A stretch of 64,000 bases of DNA from Phycisphaerae bacterium (GCA_050115495.1 JASFQK010000011.1:32001-96000); one strand, 5' to 3'. Shown: positions 28,669 to 38,923, counted from the stretch's first letter. The notes: a model not told the origin generated them from the letters alone. Made by a program: numbers and translations.

Positions 28669-28997
28669 GTACGACACCATATTTGCCGCCGCAGCATGTA
28701 ATTGCCGGAAGGCGAGCTTGAGGAGATTGTAACGGTTTGAGGACCGTACGACACACGGAAGTTCATCCAAAGGTAACATTTCTTGCCATCCTTAGTGACG
28801 ACTACGGTCACGCAATTGTACCGCGGAAACACGGCGCCGTTCACCGGTCGCTGGATGCTCTTGCCGGGTACTGACCCGTCTGGGCCGGGCCTCGGCTGGC
28901 CCCAAGGAGTCCCTGGTGTTTTCGGAGGAGCGCTGTTTTGTCGCCAAACGCCCTGCTTAGCGAAGAGAAAGGGCCTCGATCCGCCGGCGCCCCTCAC
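28659..28997 (-). CDS. Hypothetical ORF, possible polymorphic-toxin tip remnant
   Basis: 112-aa ORF overlapping both neighbours; no family recognised. Confidence 0.3.
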   Translation of the reverse strand: MRGAGGSRPFLFAKQGVWRQNSAPPKTPGTPWGQPRPGPDGSVPGKSIQRPVNGAVFPRYNCVTVVVTKDGKKCYLWMNFRVSYGPQTVTISSSSPSGNYMLRRQIWCRTCP

Positions 28998-30142
28998 TTC
29001 GAAGCACCTACGGCGCGGTCGGCCGCCGTCGCTTCAGTCGGTGTGCCGCACTCGGGACACACGCCAGTCGTGTTGCCCCTGAGATCATAGCCGCACTCGA
29101 AGCAGACCGGCCCTTCTCCGCCCGCGAGAGGCCGGCCTTTCGCGCGCAACACCGGCCACCAGTACCACAAGAGCACACCGATCATAAGAGAAGGCGGGCA
29201 TTGCACGAAGAGTTTGAAAACGACCTCCCTCACCGGTGACGGCTCCCAGGAGAAGCTGGCCGGGGGGGCTACGCAAGCCCAGTACACAATCGTGTTCGCG
29301 ACAACCACACCCCAGCGCACTACGTCACACGCGCATATGCGCCACATGGTTGATGCGAGAGACCTCCTCGTCGCTCTTATGCGCCAGCCGAGCACGAAAA
29401 GCAGCACCGGCCATGCAGCCATAAGCACGACCTCTACCGCAGATACCAGGTTCTCCGCAGAGTTGAACGAGTTCACGCTGCAAGCGAACCCCCATATATC
29501 GACGAGGCATTGCGGCCAGCCGCAGACCATGGCGAAACACAGGGCCGCGGCCATGATCAGTCGTCGCGTCAGGACCATCAAGCGCGGCCAAGAGGCCTCC
29601 TCCTGAGGTGCCCCAGGATCATCTCGCCGCAATCCTGCCACGTAGCCAGTCCGTGGCCAGCGGCGCACGGCGACAAGCAGTACGGCTGGAATGACGCAGG
29701 CCGACAGTGTTTGGAGGGCGACGTCCAGAGAGAACACGAAGAAGCCACCCTGAAAGTGCCTCCCGGCGGCCCACAGGCCGACAAAGAAACGGCAGTAAGT
29801 AATGCCCTGCACGAGCGACGAGAACGCTTGGTACGCGAGAGTCGCGTACACAAGCCGCCGACTCGAACACCAGCCGCGCAAGGCTGCCAGGCACAACAGG
29901 ATGGGCACGAGTGTGCCCGGGTTCCGCAGGAACCAGAGCGTCCACGACGATAGCAGCCTAAGCAGCGGCCAGCTCGTTTCCTGCCAGGATGTCCACGTTC
30001 GTGCCGGAGGAGACACGGCGTCACGCTCCCACAGCAACTCCCACCCAAACCACAGCGCCGCTGGCAGGCCGGCAGCCAGTAGCACGAGAGGCGCGAGGAA
30101 ACCCTCCTGCCTCCAGCGCGTTGTGTGATCTTTCATATCCAC
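28994..30142 (-). CDS. Multi-TM membrane protein with C-terminal CxxCGYDLRG..CPECG zinc finger
   Basis: Many hydrophobic segments; CFECGYDLRGNTTGVCPECG. Confidence 0.7.
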   Translation of the reverse strand: MDMKDHTTRWRQEGFLAPLVLLAAGLPAALWFGWELLWERDAVSPPARTWTSWQETSWPLLRLLSSWTLWFLRNPGTLVPILLCLAALRGWCSSRRLVYATLAYQAFSSLVQGITYCRFFVGLWAAGRHFQGGFFVFSLDVALQTLSACVIPAVLLVAVRRWPRTGYVAGLRRDDPGAPQEEASWPRLMVLTRRLIMAAALCFAMVCGWPQCLVDIWGFACSVNSFNSAENLVSAVEVVLMAAWPVLLFVLGWRIRATRRSLASTMWRICACDVVRWGVVVANTIVYWACVAPPASFSWEPSPVREVVFKLFVQCPPSLMIGVLLWYWWPVLRAKGRPLAGGEGPVCFECGYDLRGNTTGVCPECGTPTEATAADRAVGASK

Positions 30143-30196
30143 GACTGGCTTGGCAGACCCTCGTCGCTTGTCGAGTAAACGGCACTTGCCGAATCG

Positions 30197-31855
30197 CTAC
30201 GGCGTCGCCGGCGGCGCGTCTGATTCGTTCGGCAGGGGTTCCCAGAAGCCGAAGTTCTCCTCTTCGAGATGGCAGTAGCCCGTGGCACCGTACTGCGCGT
30301 CGGAGTTGTAGCCCCAGCGCAGGTACTCCGAGTCGCCGCCGCCTTGCGTGGTGATCAGGAACCGATTAGCCAGTTCGCCGAAGCCGCGGGCTTGGTCGGC
30401 TGGCGACTTCGCATCGCCGCGATTCGCATCGACCGGTACCCACCCGTAGTTCGGCAGGTACACCTGCGCCCAGCGGTGGAACGCTTCGTCCACGCTGGCA
30501 TCGTCGCCGCGAACGACGACGCTGCCCTGGTACCGCGCCGGCAGGCCTGCCGCCCGGCACAGGGCGATGAACGCGAACGTGTATTCCGAGCACGAGCCGC
30601 TGCCCCGCCGCAGCACCACCTCCGGCACGTCCCAGCCGCCGACCATCTCGTATTCGAGCTTGTCGATCACGTGGTTGAAGATCTTGCGAGCGATCCAGTA
30701 GGGGTTCTGCTCGTTGCCGACCACCCGGCGAACCGTATCGCGGATGAACGGGCTGTCCAGCCGGTAACGTGAGCCGTCGACCGTGTACGCCTCGCGGATC
30801 TCCGCCGGTATGTCGGCCAGCGTGCCCGTCTTCTCCGGGATGATGAGGTAACGAATCGCTGAGACCTCGACGTTGACGCCGTAGCTCACGACGGCCTTCT
30901 GCCCGGCGGGAACGGTCGCCAGCTCGAAGCACTGGCACGGCTGTCCCCAGCGGTCGGTCTCGGGCGCCATCGCCGCCCGCGTCCCCGCCGCCGGGCAGGC
31001 GTATTCCGGTTCCGACAACAGCTTCTGATTCGGCAATGTCACCGGCACGGCGAGGTTCACGCGCACATCGCGCACCTCGCCCGGCCCGTAGTTGTACAGC
31101 GCCCACATGTACTCGACGTGCGCCCGCCGCGTATCGCTCAGCCGGTACATCGGCGTGTCGTGCACCTTGAGGGCGTAGACCTGCCGCGTCTGGAAATCGA
31201 CGTTCCACAGGTGGCCGTCGTGCCAGGCCACGCCGGCGGCGTACGGCCCCGGGGCGGGCAGGATGCCGACGACCGTCCCGTCGTCCGGCACGATCATGTA
31301 CAGCTCATCCGCGACGCGGTTCGCGGCCCACAGGTACCGGCCGTCGTACGTCAGGCAGGTGCAGTTGCGGTCGGGCACGTCGAAGTAGCCGAGGATCGTC
31401 CCGTCCTCCGGCAGCACCTTGTAGATCTTGCGGCTGCGGCCTTCGAGGATGAACAGATGCTCGCCGTCCCAGGCCAGCCCGGACGCGTCGTTGCCCGGAG
31501 CCTTGAACGATCGCTCGACCATGCCGGTCTCCGGGTTGAAGGCGTAGATCTGCCCCGTGTGATCGTCGCCGATGTAGAGCAGCCCGCCGCCGGCGGCGAG
31601 ACCCTGTGGTTTCAGCGTTGGGGCGTCCCACGTCTTGTCGACGGACCCATCCGCCGGTTTGAGGCGGTAGAGCTTGGCCTCGCGCCAGTCCAGCAGGTAC
31701 AGGTACGTGCCGTCGGAGGCCAGGCCGGCGGGGTAGCGGCAGGGGGCGGCAAACGAGCGTTCGACGTCACCGGGTGCGCCCGAGGCCGGGGATATGAGGA
31801 CCAGGATCCCAATCACGAGCAGGGCGGAGTAGGCGTATCGCGGCAGCATTGGCAT
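30197..31855 (-). CDS. Secreted beta-propeller plus transglutaminase-like protein
   Basis: Repeated GLA(W/S)DG..L(Y/W) blades; GSCSEY, FHRWAQVY and GWVPVD (Cys-His-Asp); GGAGG RBS. Confidence 0.85.
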   Translation of the reverse strand: MPMLPRYAYSALLVIGILVLISPASGAPGDVERSFAAPCRYPAGLASDGTYLYLLDWREAKLYRLKPADGSVDKTWDAPTLKPQGLAAGGGLLYIGDDHTGQIYAFNPETGMVERSFKAPGNDASGLAWDGEHLFILEGRSRKIYKVLPEDGTILGYFDVPDRNCTCLTYDGRYLWAANRVADELYMIVPDDGTVVGILPAPGPYAAGVAWHDGHLWNVDFQTRQVYALKVHDTPMYRLSDTRRAHVEYMWALYNYGPGEVRDVRVNLAVPVTLPNQKLLSEPEYACPAAGTRAAMAPETDRWGQPCQCFELATVPAGQKAVVSYGVNVEVSAIRYLIIPEKTGTLADIPAEIREAYTVDGSRYRLDSPFIRDTVRRVVGNEQNPYWIARKIFNHVIDKLEYEMVGGWDVPEVVLRRGSGSCSEYTFAFIALCRAAGLPARYQGSVVVRGDDASVDEAFHRWAQVYLPNYGWVPVDANRGDAKSPADQARGFGELANRFLITTQGGGDSEYLRWGYNSDAQYGATGYCHLEEENFGFWEPLPNESDAPPATP

Positions 31856-32024
31856 GATATACCTCCATAATCCACGAAGCCGGGCGCGATTGTACTGCCA
31901 ACGAGCCCGCCGGGGCGGGCACGTCCGATTCGCGGTGGCGATTCGCCGCGAACTTTTCCGCCGGCCGGCGCGACGTAGAGGGTGACAGCGTGTGGTTCGT
32001 CCGCCGTCAACACCCGGGTGATGC

Positions 32025-32525
32025 ATGCCGGAAAGCATGAGCAGGCTCGCCATCCTGTATCGCCAGCACGGTGCAGCCCTGATGCAATACCTGCACCGCG
32101 CCTTCGGCCACGTCGAGCCGGCGGAGGACCTCCTTCAGGAAACGCTGCTACAGGCCGCCCGGCAGCCCCAAAGGCTGGCCGACGCCGTCTCCCCGCGGGC
32201 CTGGCTCTTCACCATTGCCCGCAACGTGGCTGTCACCGCCCACCGGCGGCGGCGGCCGGCGGCGACCCTGCCGGGCGAACTGCCGGCGACGGCGGGCCCC
32301 ATCGAGGACCCGCGCCTCGACCGGCTCCGGCTGGCCATCACGCGGCTGCCCGATCATCAGCGGGAGCCGCTCGAGCTCCGGCTCCGCGAGGAGCTGAGCT
32401 ACGAAGAGATCGCCGCCGTGCTCGGCATTCCGGTCGGCACGGTGCGCTCGCGGCTGCATGAGGCTGTGCGGCGGTTGCGAGCGGCCCTCGTCGGCGAGGG
32501 CGACCCCACGCCGACAGAGCAGTGA
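32025..32525 (+). CDS. ECF RNA polymerase sigma factor
   Basis: AEDLLQETLL, WLFTIARN and SYEEIA..LGIPVGTVRSRL. Confidence 0.93.
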   Translation: MPESMSRLAILYRQHGAALMQYLHRAFGHVEPAEDLLQETLLQAARQPQRLADAVSPRAWLFTIARNVAVTAHRRRRPAATLPGELPATAGPIEDPRLDRLRLAITRLPDHQREPLELRLREELSYEEIAAVLGIPVGTVRSRLHEAVRRLRAALVGEGDPTPTEQ

Positions 32526-32534
32526 GGTGTACAC

Positions 32535-33047
32535 GTGAACGCGGATGTGCTGGACAGGCTGTTGATGGATCGGGCGTTGGGCGTGCTTGCTCCCGACGTG
32601 GAGACGCTGCTCGGCGCCTACCTGGAACGCGAGCCCGACGCCGCCCGGCGTGTCGCTGAGTACGCCGACGCGACGGGTCTGGCCGGCCGGTTGCTGAAGG
32701 TCGGCGGAGCGAAACCGCTCCCGCCATTCCCTGAAGCCAAACTCCGAGAGGCCGAGGTTGCCCGCCGGCGGCGGCGGATCGTCCGGCAGGTGGCCAGTCT
32801 GGCGGCGTGCGTTTTGGTCGGCGTGTGGGCAGGGGCTTGGTGGGGCGGTACCGCGGGTGTTGAACCCGCGCCGGGACCGCGCACGACGAACCCCGTCGTC
32901 GTTGACGCCGGCTCGTCGGGCGACGACGCGGGCTTCTGGTCGCTCGAACGCCTGTCCGAGACCGTGCAGCAGAAGAAGAGGACGAGGCCCGTCCTCTTCA
33001 AGTGGGATTCACCGATGCGGAAACCAACCATGGGAGAGACAACATGA
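32535..33047 (+). CDS. Putative single-pass anti-sigma factor
   Basis: Directly follows the ECF sigma; N-terminal helical domain plus one TM (SLAACVLVG). Confidence 0.7.
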   Translation: MNADVLDRLLMDRALGVLAPDVETLLGAYLEREPDAARRVAEYADATGLAGRLLKVGGAKPLPPFPEAKLREAEVARRRRRIVRQVASLAACVLVGVWAGAWWGGTAGVEPAPGPRTTNPVVVDAGSSGDDAGFWSLERLSETVQQKKRTRPVLFKWDSPMRKPTMGETT

Positions 33048-34456
33048 GTAGATACGTGCGTGGCATGATCGTGATCGGGTTGCTGGCGACGATGGTCGGC
33101 TGCTTCCCGGAGAAGCGGGTCGTCTGGTCGCCGAACGGGGAGGTGGCGGCGGTCATCGGCAAGGATGGCCTGCACCTGTGCGGGCGCGATGGCAAGCTGT
33201 CTGACCGCGTGGCCGAAGGCGTGCAGCGGGCGGCGTGGCTGCCTGATTCGCGTCATCTGGTGCTGGCGGGCGAACAGATCGTCAAGACGTGGGCGGACAT
33301 GGCGACGTGCTTCCCAGCCGAGCGGCGTGAGGCCCTGACGGCGATCGCGGAACGCATGTGCGCCGAGGTGCTTGCTCACGAGGGGCCGCTCGACGACCTC
33401 AAGGTCGAGGAATTCGAGAAGCTGCGGGAGGGTGAGCAGCACGCCGTCCTGCTCTACCTGCGCGAGAAGCACGCCGACGCTCTGGCCGCGAGGCTCGGCG
33501 ACAAATGGGCGGAGGTGAAGGCCGCCGACATCAAGCTGTGGGTTGCCCAGACGGCGGAGCTGGCCGGTCGCGAGATCAAGGTGGGCAAGACGCTGGTGCG
33601 GAGCGCTGACGAGATCGTGTCGCCGCGCGTCTCGCCGAATGGCCGGCTGCTGGCGTACGTCGGACCGCCGGCGGACGAGACCGAGGGAACCGGTCAGCTT
33701 CTGGTTGTGCCGCTCGACGGCAGCGCGGCGCCGCGCGTGGTGGGTGAGTACGTGAGCATGTTTCCCGACTGGTCGGCTGACGGCAAGGCGCTCGTCTACG
33801 CCCGCTCCGCCGGAGGACTGAGCGACTCGGACATGCTGGCCCTGGGCAGCATTAGCCAGCGGACGGTGTGCGACGAGGCGGGTGCGTTGCTAGACGAGTT
33901 CCCCGACCAGGAGGATCTGGCGGGCGTCGTCTTTCAGGCCGAAGTCCGTGTTCGTTCGCTGCCGGACGGGCGGATCATCTTCTCGGCGATGGAGATGCAC
34001 CTGCCGTGTGCGACGACGGATCTGCCCACGCAGGCGACGCTCTTCATGGTCGATCCGGGCCACTACCCGCTGGTCATGCGTGTCGCGCCGCGGCAGGCGG
34101 AAGCCGAACTGGCGAACGCCGCCTACTTCTTCGAGGTCAGTCCGGACGGGCAACACGTGGCGGTACCCGGTTCGAGCGGTGAGATGTGTGTGCTGACGCT
34201 GGCGACCGGCAAGGTGTTGACGGTGATCGGCGGCGATGAGGCGCACGGCGGGTTGGCCATGGTGCCCAACTGGCGGACCGCGGACGAGTTGTGCTGTGTC
34301 CTGCCGCCGGCCGATGGTTCGGAGCGGGCGACGGTGGTGCTGTGCCGGATTGACTGGGCGGCGGGCCAGGTGAAACGCGAGGCCCTGAGCACCGACTGGC
34401 CGGAGGCCCCCCTCCGTGGTTTCCTGCTGCCGGACAGTGAGGACAAGAGCGACTAG
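33044..34456 (+). CDS. Lipoprotein with TolB/PD40-like propeller repeats
   Basis: MVGC lipobox; WSPNG, VSPNG, WSADG and VSPDG repeats; ATGA overlap. Confidence 0.75.
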   Translation: MSRYVRGMIVIGLLATMVGCFPEKRVVWSPNGEVAAVIGKDGLHLCGRDGKLSDRVAEGVQRAAWLPDSRHLVLAGEQIVKTWADMATCFPAERREALTAIAERMCAEVLAHEGPLDDLKVEEFEKLREGEQHAVLLYLREKHADALAARLGDKWAEVKAADIKLWVAQTAELAGREIKVGKTLVRSADEIVSPRVSPNGRLLAYVGPPADETEGTGQLLVVPLDGSAAPRVVGEYVSMFPDWSADGKALVYARSAGGLSDSDMLALGSISQRTVCDEAGALLDEFPDQEDLAGVVFQAEVRVRSLPDGRIIFSAMEMHLPCATTDLPTQATLFMVDPGHYPLVMRVAPRQAEAELANAAYFFEVSPDGQHVAVPGSSGEMCVLTLATGKVLTVIGGDEAHGGLAMVPNWRTADELCCVLPPADGSERATVVLCRIDWAAGQVKREALSTDWPEAPLRGFLLPDSEDKSD

Positions 34457-34570
34457 TCGAGGGCATAGTCGCGGCAATTCGCCGACACGACGACGGCCGG
34501 CCGGAGCCCCGCGCTCCGACCGGCCGTTTTGTGGGAGCCATCAGTCGTCAGCCAGAAGCCGTGAGCCGGA

Positions 34571-34657
34571 GTGTGGCATGCTGAAGCCTCTGGCGCCGGC
34601 ATGTCTTGTCCTCGCGACAGGAACAACATGCCGGCGCTGCGCTTCGGCATGCCACAC
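34571..34657. repeat. Long imperfect hairpin (REPIN-like)
   Basis: GTGTGGCATGCTGAAGC..GCGCCGGCATGT / ACATGCCGGCGC..GCTTCGGCATGCCACAC. Confidence 0.7.
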
Positions 34658-34813
34658 ACGTCACGTGCCGTGTCCTGTGCGCGCATCGGGCGTCGCTCGT
34701 CAACGCACGTTCACCCCGCCGGCTGATCCTCGACCGCAACGCCTCGTTGCCTCGGCACCCTGAGCGCAGCCGAAGGGGTTGCCTCGTTGCCTTTCTGCCC
34801 TTCTTCCCTCTTC

Positions 34814-35644
34814 CTAATACACTGACTGTACCGACTGCACCCACCGAATAAGCTGGAATTGCAGGAAATTGAACAGGAAGTGCGCCGCGATCACCACCAG
34901 CAGGCTGCGCGAGCGCACGAAGCACAAGGCCAGCACCACGCCGACGCCGCCAATCTGCAACACCCCCACCAGACCCTGTGCGAAGTGCAGGGCGGCGAAG
35001 AGCGTGGACGACAGGATGACGGCCCAGGCCCAGCTTCCGCACGCGCGTCGCAAGAGCGGCAGGAGCAGTCCGCGGAAAATGATCTCTTCGTGGATCGCCA
35101 CGGGAATCAGCAGCAGTATGGTCAGGCCGATGCTGTTCACCGGCATCTGCTCGAGCAGCTCGAGGCGTTGCTGAACGTCCTCCTCCACCTGCGGCTGCAT
35201 CGCCATCCACGCCGTGACGGCCGCCACCGTGAAGAGCAGCCAGCCGTATGTCATTACCACGCCGAGTCCCGTCCAGCCGACCTGCGGCAGTGGATCGCTC
35301 AGCCGCACCCCGAAACTCGTCGCCGGCAGCCGGTGCCGCAGCAGCAGGTAGGCCAGCAGCCCCACGCCCAGCAGGACATCGAAGCACTTCCGCACGATCA
35401 GCATGGACAGATCGCCTGCTACGAGCGCCGGCCCTTCCAGCCACGGGAGTATCGCGATCTCGAAACCGAACGGTACGAACACCGCCACCAGCAGCACCAG
35501 TGCCAGGTCCAGCCCCGCGTCCCACCGCTGCAACGAGCGCAGCTCCAACGGCGACGGCGGCTCCAGCGGTGTCAGCGGAGGAACCGCCACCGGGCGGGCC
35601 TGCACGATATCGCTGTCCGGAATGGGCGGAAGGAAATCACTCAC
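34814..35644 (-). CDS. CPBP/CAAX (Abi) family intramembrane metalloprotease
   Basis: EEIIFRG, LFAALH and AHFLFN motifs; GTG start approximate. Confidence 0.88.
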   Translation of the reverse strand: MSDFLPPIPDSDIVQARPVAVPPLTPLEPPSPLELRSLQRWDAGLDLALVLLVAVFVPFGFEIAILPWLEGPALVAGDLSMLIVRKCFDVLLGVGLLAYLLLRHRLPATSFGVRLSDPLPQVGWTGLGVVMTYGWLLFTVAAVTAWMAMQPQVEEDVQQRLELLEQMPVNSIGLTILLLIPVAIHEEIIFRGLLLPLLRRACGSWAWAVILSSTLFAALHFAQGLVGVLQIGGVGVVLALCFVRSRSLLVVIAAHFLFNFLQFQLIRWVQSVQSVY

Positions 35645-35827
35645 GGCTGATCCCGCGGATACGTGATCGTGGCCGGGCCTCGGCCGGGGCCGGCGGCAAC
35701 GGGCCGCCGACAAATCAACGCCCGGGCATTTGGCGCACTGCGCCTGACTAGCATAATAGCGGACCGCTACGTTGGGCATGACCACGACCAAAAACGCCGC
35801 GATGGCGGCGGGACCCCGGAGGGCGCG

Positions 35828-37501
35828 ATGGGCGCAAAGCGGACCAGGAAGCAGGCAACGGGACCGGCGGGCGGCGTGCGGACCACCGAGAGTGCGATGC
35901 ACGGCTGGCGCTGGAATGGCAGCGCCGGCACCGTGTCGGCACCGGTCCGCTGCCGGCGTGAGCAGTGGTACCTGGTCAGCGCCACGCCTGCGGGCGGCGT
36001 CAACCGGCAGCGAGCCGAGGTTGCCCTGCGTTTCTTCAACCACGACGAGCCGCTGGCCGAGCGAGCCCTTTGGCTGCACGCCGTCGCCGAATGCGAACAT
36101 TGCCCCGGCCTGCTCGGCTGGGTGCAATCGCCGGACAAGGCGACGCATGTTCAGCTCGGGCTGCCCGGCGGTCCGGAGGGCTGGTGCCAGGAAGTCACGT
36201 TCCACCCGGTGGCCGAGCGCGACCCGAAGTGCCACCCGCTGGCCGCCGTTCCGCGCTGGCGGACGTACCGGCCGCCGTTTCCCATCCGGCAGGTGTTCGT
36301 CCCGCCGGCGCTCGAGGCGCTGGCCGAGTACCTGCCCGGGCAGGAGGTGACCACGCTGCGGCCGCGTTCGCGCGCGGAGCTGAAGCGGCGGGTGCAGGGG
36401 GCAGCCTGCGTGCTCGATCCGGAGTGGGCCGTTCGGCAGAAGCTGACCTGGGCTGACCTCGAGCAGATTGCCGCGGATTCGTGGCTAATGGTGGATTTGG
36501 AGACCGTCTGGCGGCTGCTGCGCCAGACTGGCGGCGTCACGGCCCAACTCGTCACGCAGAGCGCCCCGCACGGCATCATGTCCGCCCGCGTGGAATACGC
36601 CGACGTGGCCACCCGTGGCTTCGCGATGCAGGACGTATTCCCATACGGGACGATCGACGCCGACGGCGGTTTCGCCGCCCGTGTGCTGCGGGCTGACCGG
36701 GCCTGGAAGCGCTATGCCGACCGCGAGGGTTTTGCGACGCTGCTGGCCAGCGAGACGCCACACGCCCAGCATTGCGGCGACGTGCTGACGGCGGCCAAGC
36801 CGGTAGGGCGGGGCGAGCTGATCGCCACTGATCTGCCTTGGCTGGTGGCCGGCACGCATGGCCCGCTCGTGGCCCCGCGCCTGGCCCGGCACGCCCTGGC
36901 AATGCACCTGGCCGGCCCGTTGTCCGACGTGCTCCAGTATTGGAACCGTTGGGACGACGGTCAGATCATGGTTCGCGACATCGCCGACCTGGCCCGTCGC
37001 TACCCGCCGCTTTGGGCCGTGCGTTGGGCCTCGCCCAAGCCGGAAGTGGTGCACCTGGGCATCGCGCTGCCGGCGGCGACCGCTGGCCGGACGCTGCTCA
37101 TCCGCACCGGCCGCGTGGACAACCTGCACGCCCACGACGGCGTTCCGCCCGAGCCGATGGTCATCTTCATGAAGATGCTGGCCCGCGACGCCCACGAGCA
37201 AACGCCCTGGGCCCGCCGCCATCTGGCCGGCCTGAACGTGGTGTGGCAGTTCGATTCCTCCGCCGGCCGCCGATACGCCGCCAACTACGCCTCGGCCGCG
37301 GCCCTGGACGGTGATCGCGAGACGACGACCCTGCTCGTGCGTTGTGCCGACGGCCCCGCGGACGACACCGATCCGCCCGCCGGCCGGACCCTCACTGAGC
37401 GGATCGACCTGGACGAGGGCCTGCACGGCGACGGCTCGCTGGCCTGCCAGCGGCGGCTCGATGCCCGGCTTCGCCGCCGGATCGAGGAGGTTTCCGACTG
37501 A
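35828..37501 (+). CDS. Hypothetical protein
   Basis: Long ORF with GC3-biased codons; only weak fold hints; start uncertain. Confidence 0.65.
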   Translation: MGAKRTRKQATGPAGGVRTTESAMHGWRWNGSAGTVSAPVRCRREQWYLVSATPAGGVNRQRAEVALRFFNHDEPLAERALWLHAVAECEHCPGLLGWVQSPDKATHVQLGLPGGPEGWCQEVTFHPVAERDPKCHPLAAVPRWRTYRPPFPIRQVFVPPALEALAEYLPGQEVTTLRPRSRAELKRRVQGAACVLDPEWAVRQKLTWADLEQIAADSWLMVDLETVWRLLRQTGGVTAQLVTQSAPHGIMSARVEYADVATRGFAMQDVFPYGTIDADGGFAARVLRADRAWKRYADREGFATLLASETPHAQHCGDVLTAAKPVGRGELIATDLPWLVAGTHGPLVAPRLARHALAMHLAGPLSDVLQYWNRWDDGQIMVRDIADLARRYPPLWAVRWASPKPEVVHLGIALPAATAGRTLLIRTGRVDNLHAHDGVPPEPMVIFMKMLARDAHEQTPWARRHLAGLNVVWQFDSSAGRRYAANYASAAALDGDRETTTLLVRCADGPADDTDPPAGRTLTERIDLDEGLHGDGSLACQRRLDARLRRRIEEVSD

Positions 37502-37615
37502 CGTCGGCGGATTGCCACCACGCCGCGAACGTGCTACAAACCGTGATGGTGAATTGAACGAGTGCTCTCCCGGCGCGGCGGCCGCCCGACCTGTGAAATA
37601 CGATCAGACGAACCG

Positions 37616-38923
37616 ATGATGAACCTGCGCGATCTTGGGAATACGTGTGTCCTCGGCCTGCAATGGGGTGACGAGGGCAAGGGCAAGATTGTCGACTTGC
37701 TGGTCGAGCACTTCGACGTTGTCGTGCGCTACGGCGGCGGGGCCAACGCCGGCCATACCGTCGTCGTCGACCGCGACACCTTCGCCCTGCACCAGTTGCC
37801 CAGCGGTATCCTGCGTCCCGACGTGCTGAACGTCATCACGTCCGGGACGGTGATTGACCCCGCGGCACTGCTCGGCGAGATCGCGACGCTGCGCCAGCGC
37901 GGCATCGCCATCGGCGACAACCTGCGCATCAGCAACCGCGCCCACCTCGTCTTTCCCTACCATCGTCAGGAGGACGTGCTGGCGGAGCGCGCCGCCCGCA
38001 AGGCGGACAAGCTGGGTACGACGGCCCGCGGCATCGGCCCGTGCTACGGCGATAAGGTGGCCCGGCGGTGGGGCATCCGCGTGTGCGACCTGCTGCGGCC
38101 CGAGCGGTTGCGCGAACGCGTCGCCGCCGTCGTCGCCCACAAGAACGCGTTTTTCCCGGCGGTCTACGAAAGCCGCACGCCGTTCGATGCGGCGGCCATC
38201 GCCGACGAGTACCTGGCCTTCGCCGACGCCCTCCGGCCGCACGTGTGCGACACGTCGGATTTGCTGCACGGGCAGTTGCGGCAGGGCAAACGTGTGCTGT
38301 TTGAAGGAGCGCAAGGCAGCCTGCTCGATATCGACCACGGCACGTACCCGTTCGTGACCAGCTCGAACACGATCGGTTTCGCGACCGGCGCCGGCGTGCC
38401 GGCGTCGACCGTTCGCTCTGTCATCGGCGTCGTTAAAGCCTATACGACCCGCGTCGGGAGCGGCCCGTTCCCGACCGAGCTGACCGACGTCATCGGCGAT
38501 TCCATCCGCGACCGCGGCGGCGAGTTTGGCACGACCACCGGCCGCCCGCGACGTTGCGGCTGGTTCGACGTGGTCGCCGCCGGCTATGCCGCCCGCATCA
38601 GCGGCTCGACCCATCTGGCCGTCATGCACCTGGATACGCTATCGGGCATGGACGAGATCCGCATGTGCGTCGGCTACCGCCACGACGGACACGTCGACGC
38701 GTCCTGGCCGGCGGACGCCGACACGCTGACCGAAGTCACGCCCGTGTACGAGACCTTTCCCGGCTGGGCGGCCGACGTCGGCGGTTGCCGCCACCTGGCC
38801 GACCTGCCCGCCGAAGCACGGCAGTACCTGTCCGCGGTCAGCACACGGCTGGGCGTGCCGCTGGGCATCGTTGGTGTCGGACCGGCTCGCGACCAGACGA
38901 TCTTCGTGGAGGAAAACGACTGA
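37616..38923 (+). CDS. purA: Adenylosuccinate synthetase
   Basis: QWGDEGKGK, GGANAGHT and GTTTGRPRRCGWFD. Confidence 0.98.
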   Translation: MMNLRDLGNTCVLGLQWGDEGKGKIVDLLVEHFDVVVRYGGGANAGHTVVVDRDTFALHQLPSGILRPDVLNVITSGTVIDPAALLGEIATLRQRGIAIGDNLRISNRAHLVFPYHRQEDVLAERAARKADKLGTTARGIGPCYGDKVARRWGIRVCDLLRPERLRERVAAVVAHKNAFFPAVYESRTPFDAAAIADEYLAFADALRPHVCDTSDLLHGQLRQGKRVLFEGAQGSLLDIDHGTYPFVTSSNTIGFATGAGVPASTVRSVIGVVKAYTTRVGSGPFPTELTDVIGDSIRDRGGEFGTTTGRPRRCGWFDVVAAGYAARISGSTHLAVMHLDTLSGMDEIRMCVGYRHDGHVDASWPADADTLTEVTPVYETFPGWAADVGGCRHLADLPAEARQYLSAVSTRLGVPLGIVGVGPARDQTIFVEEND

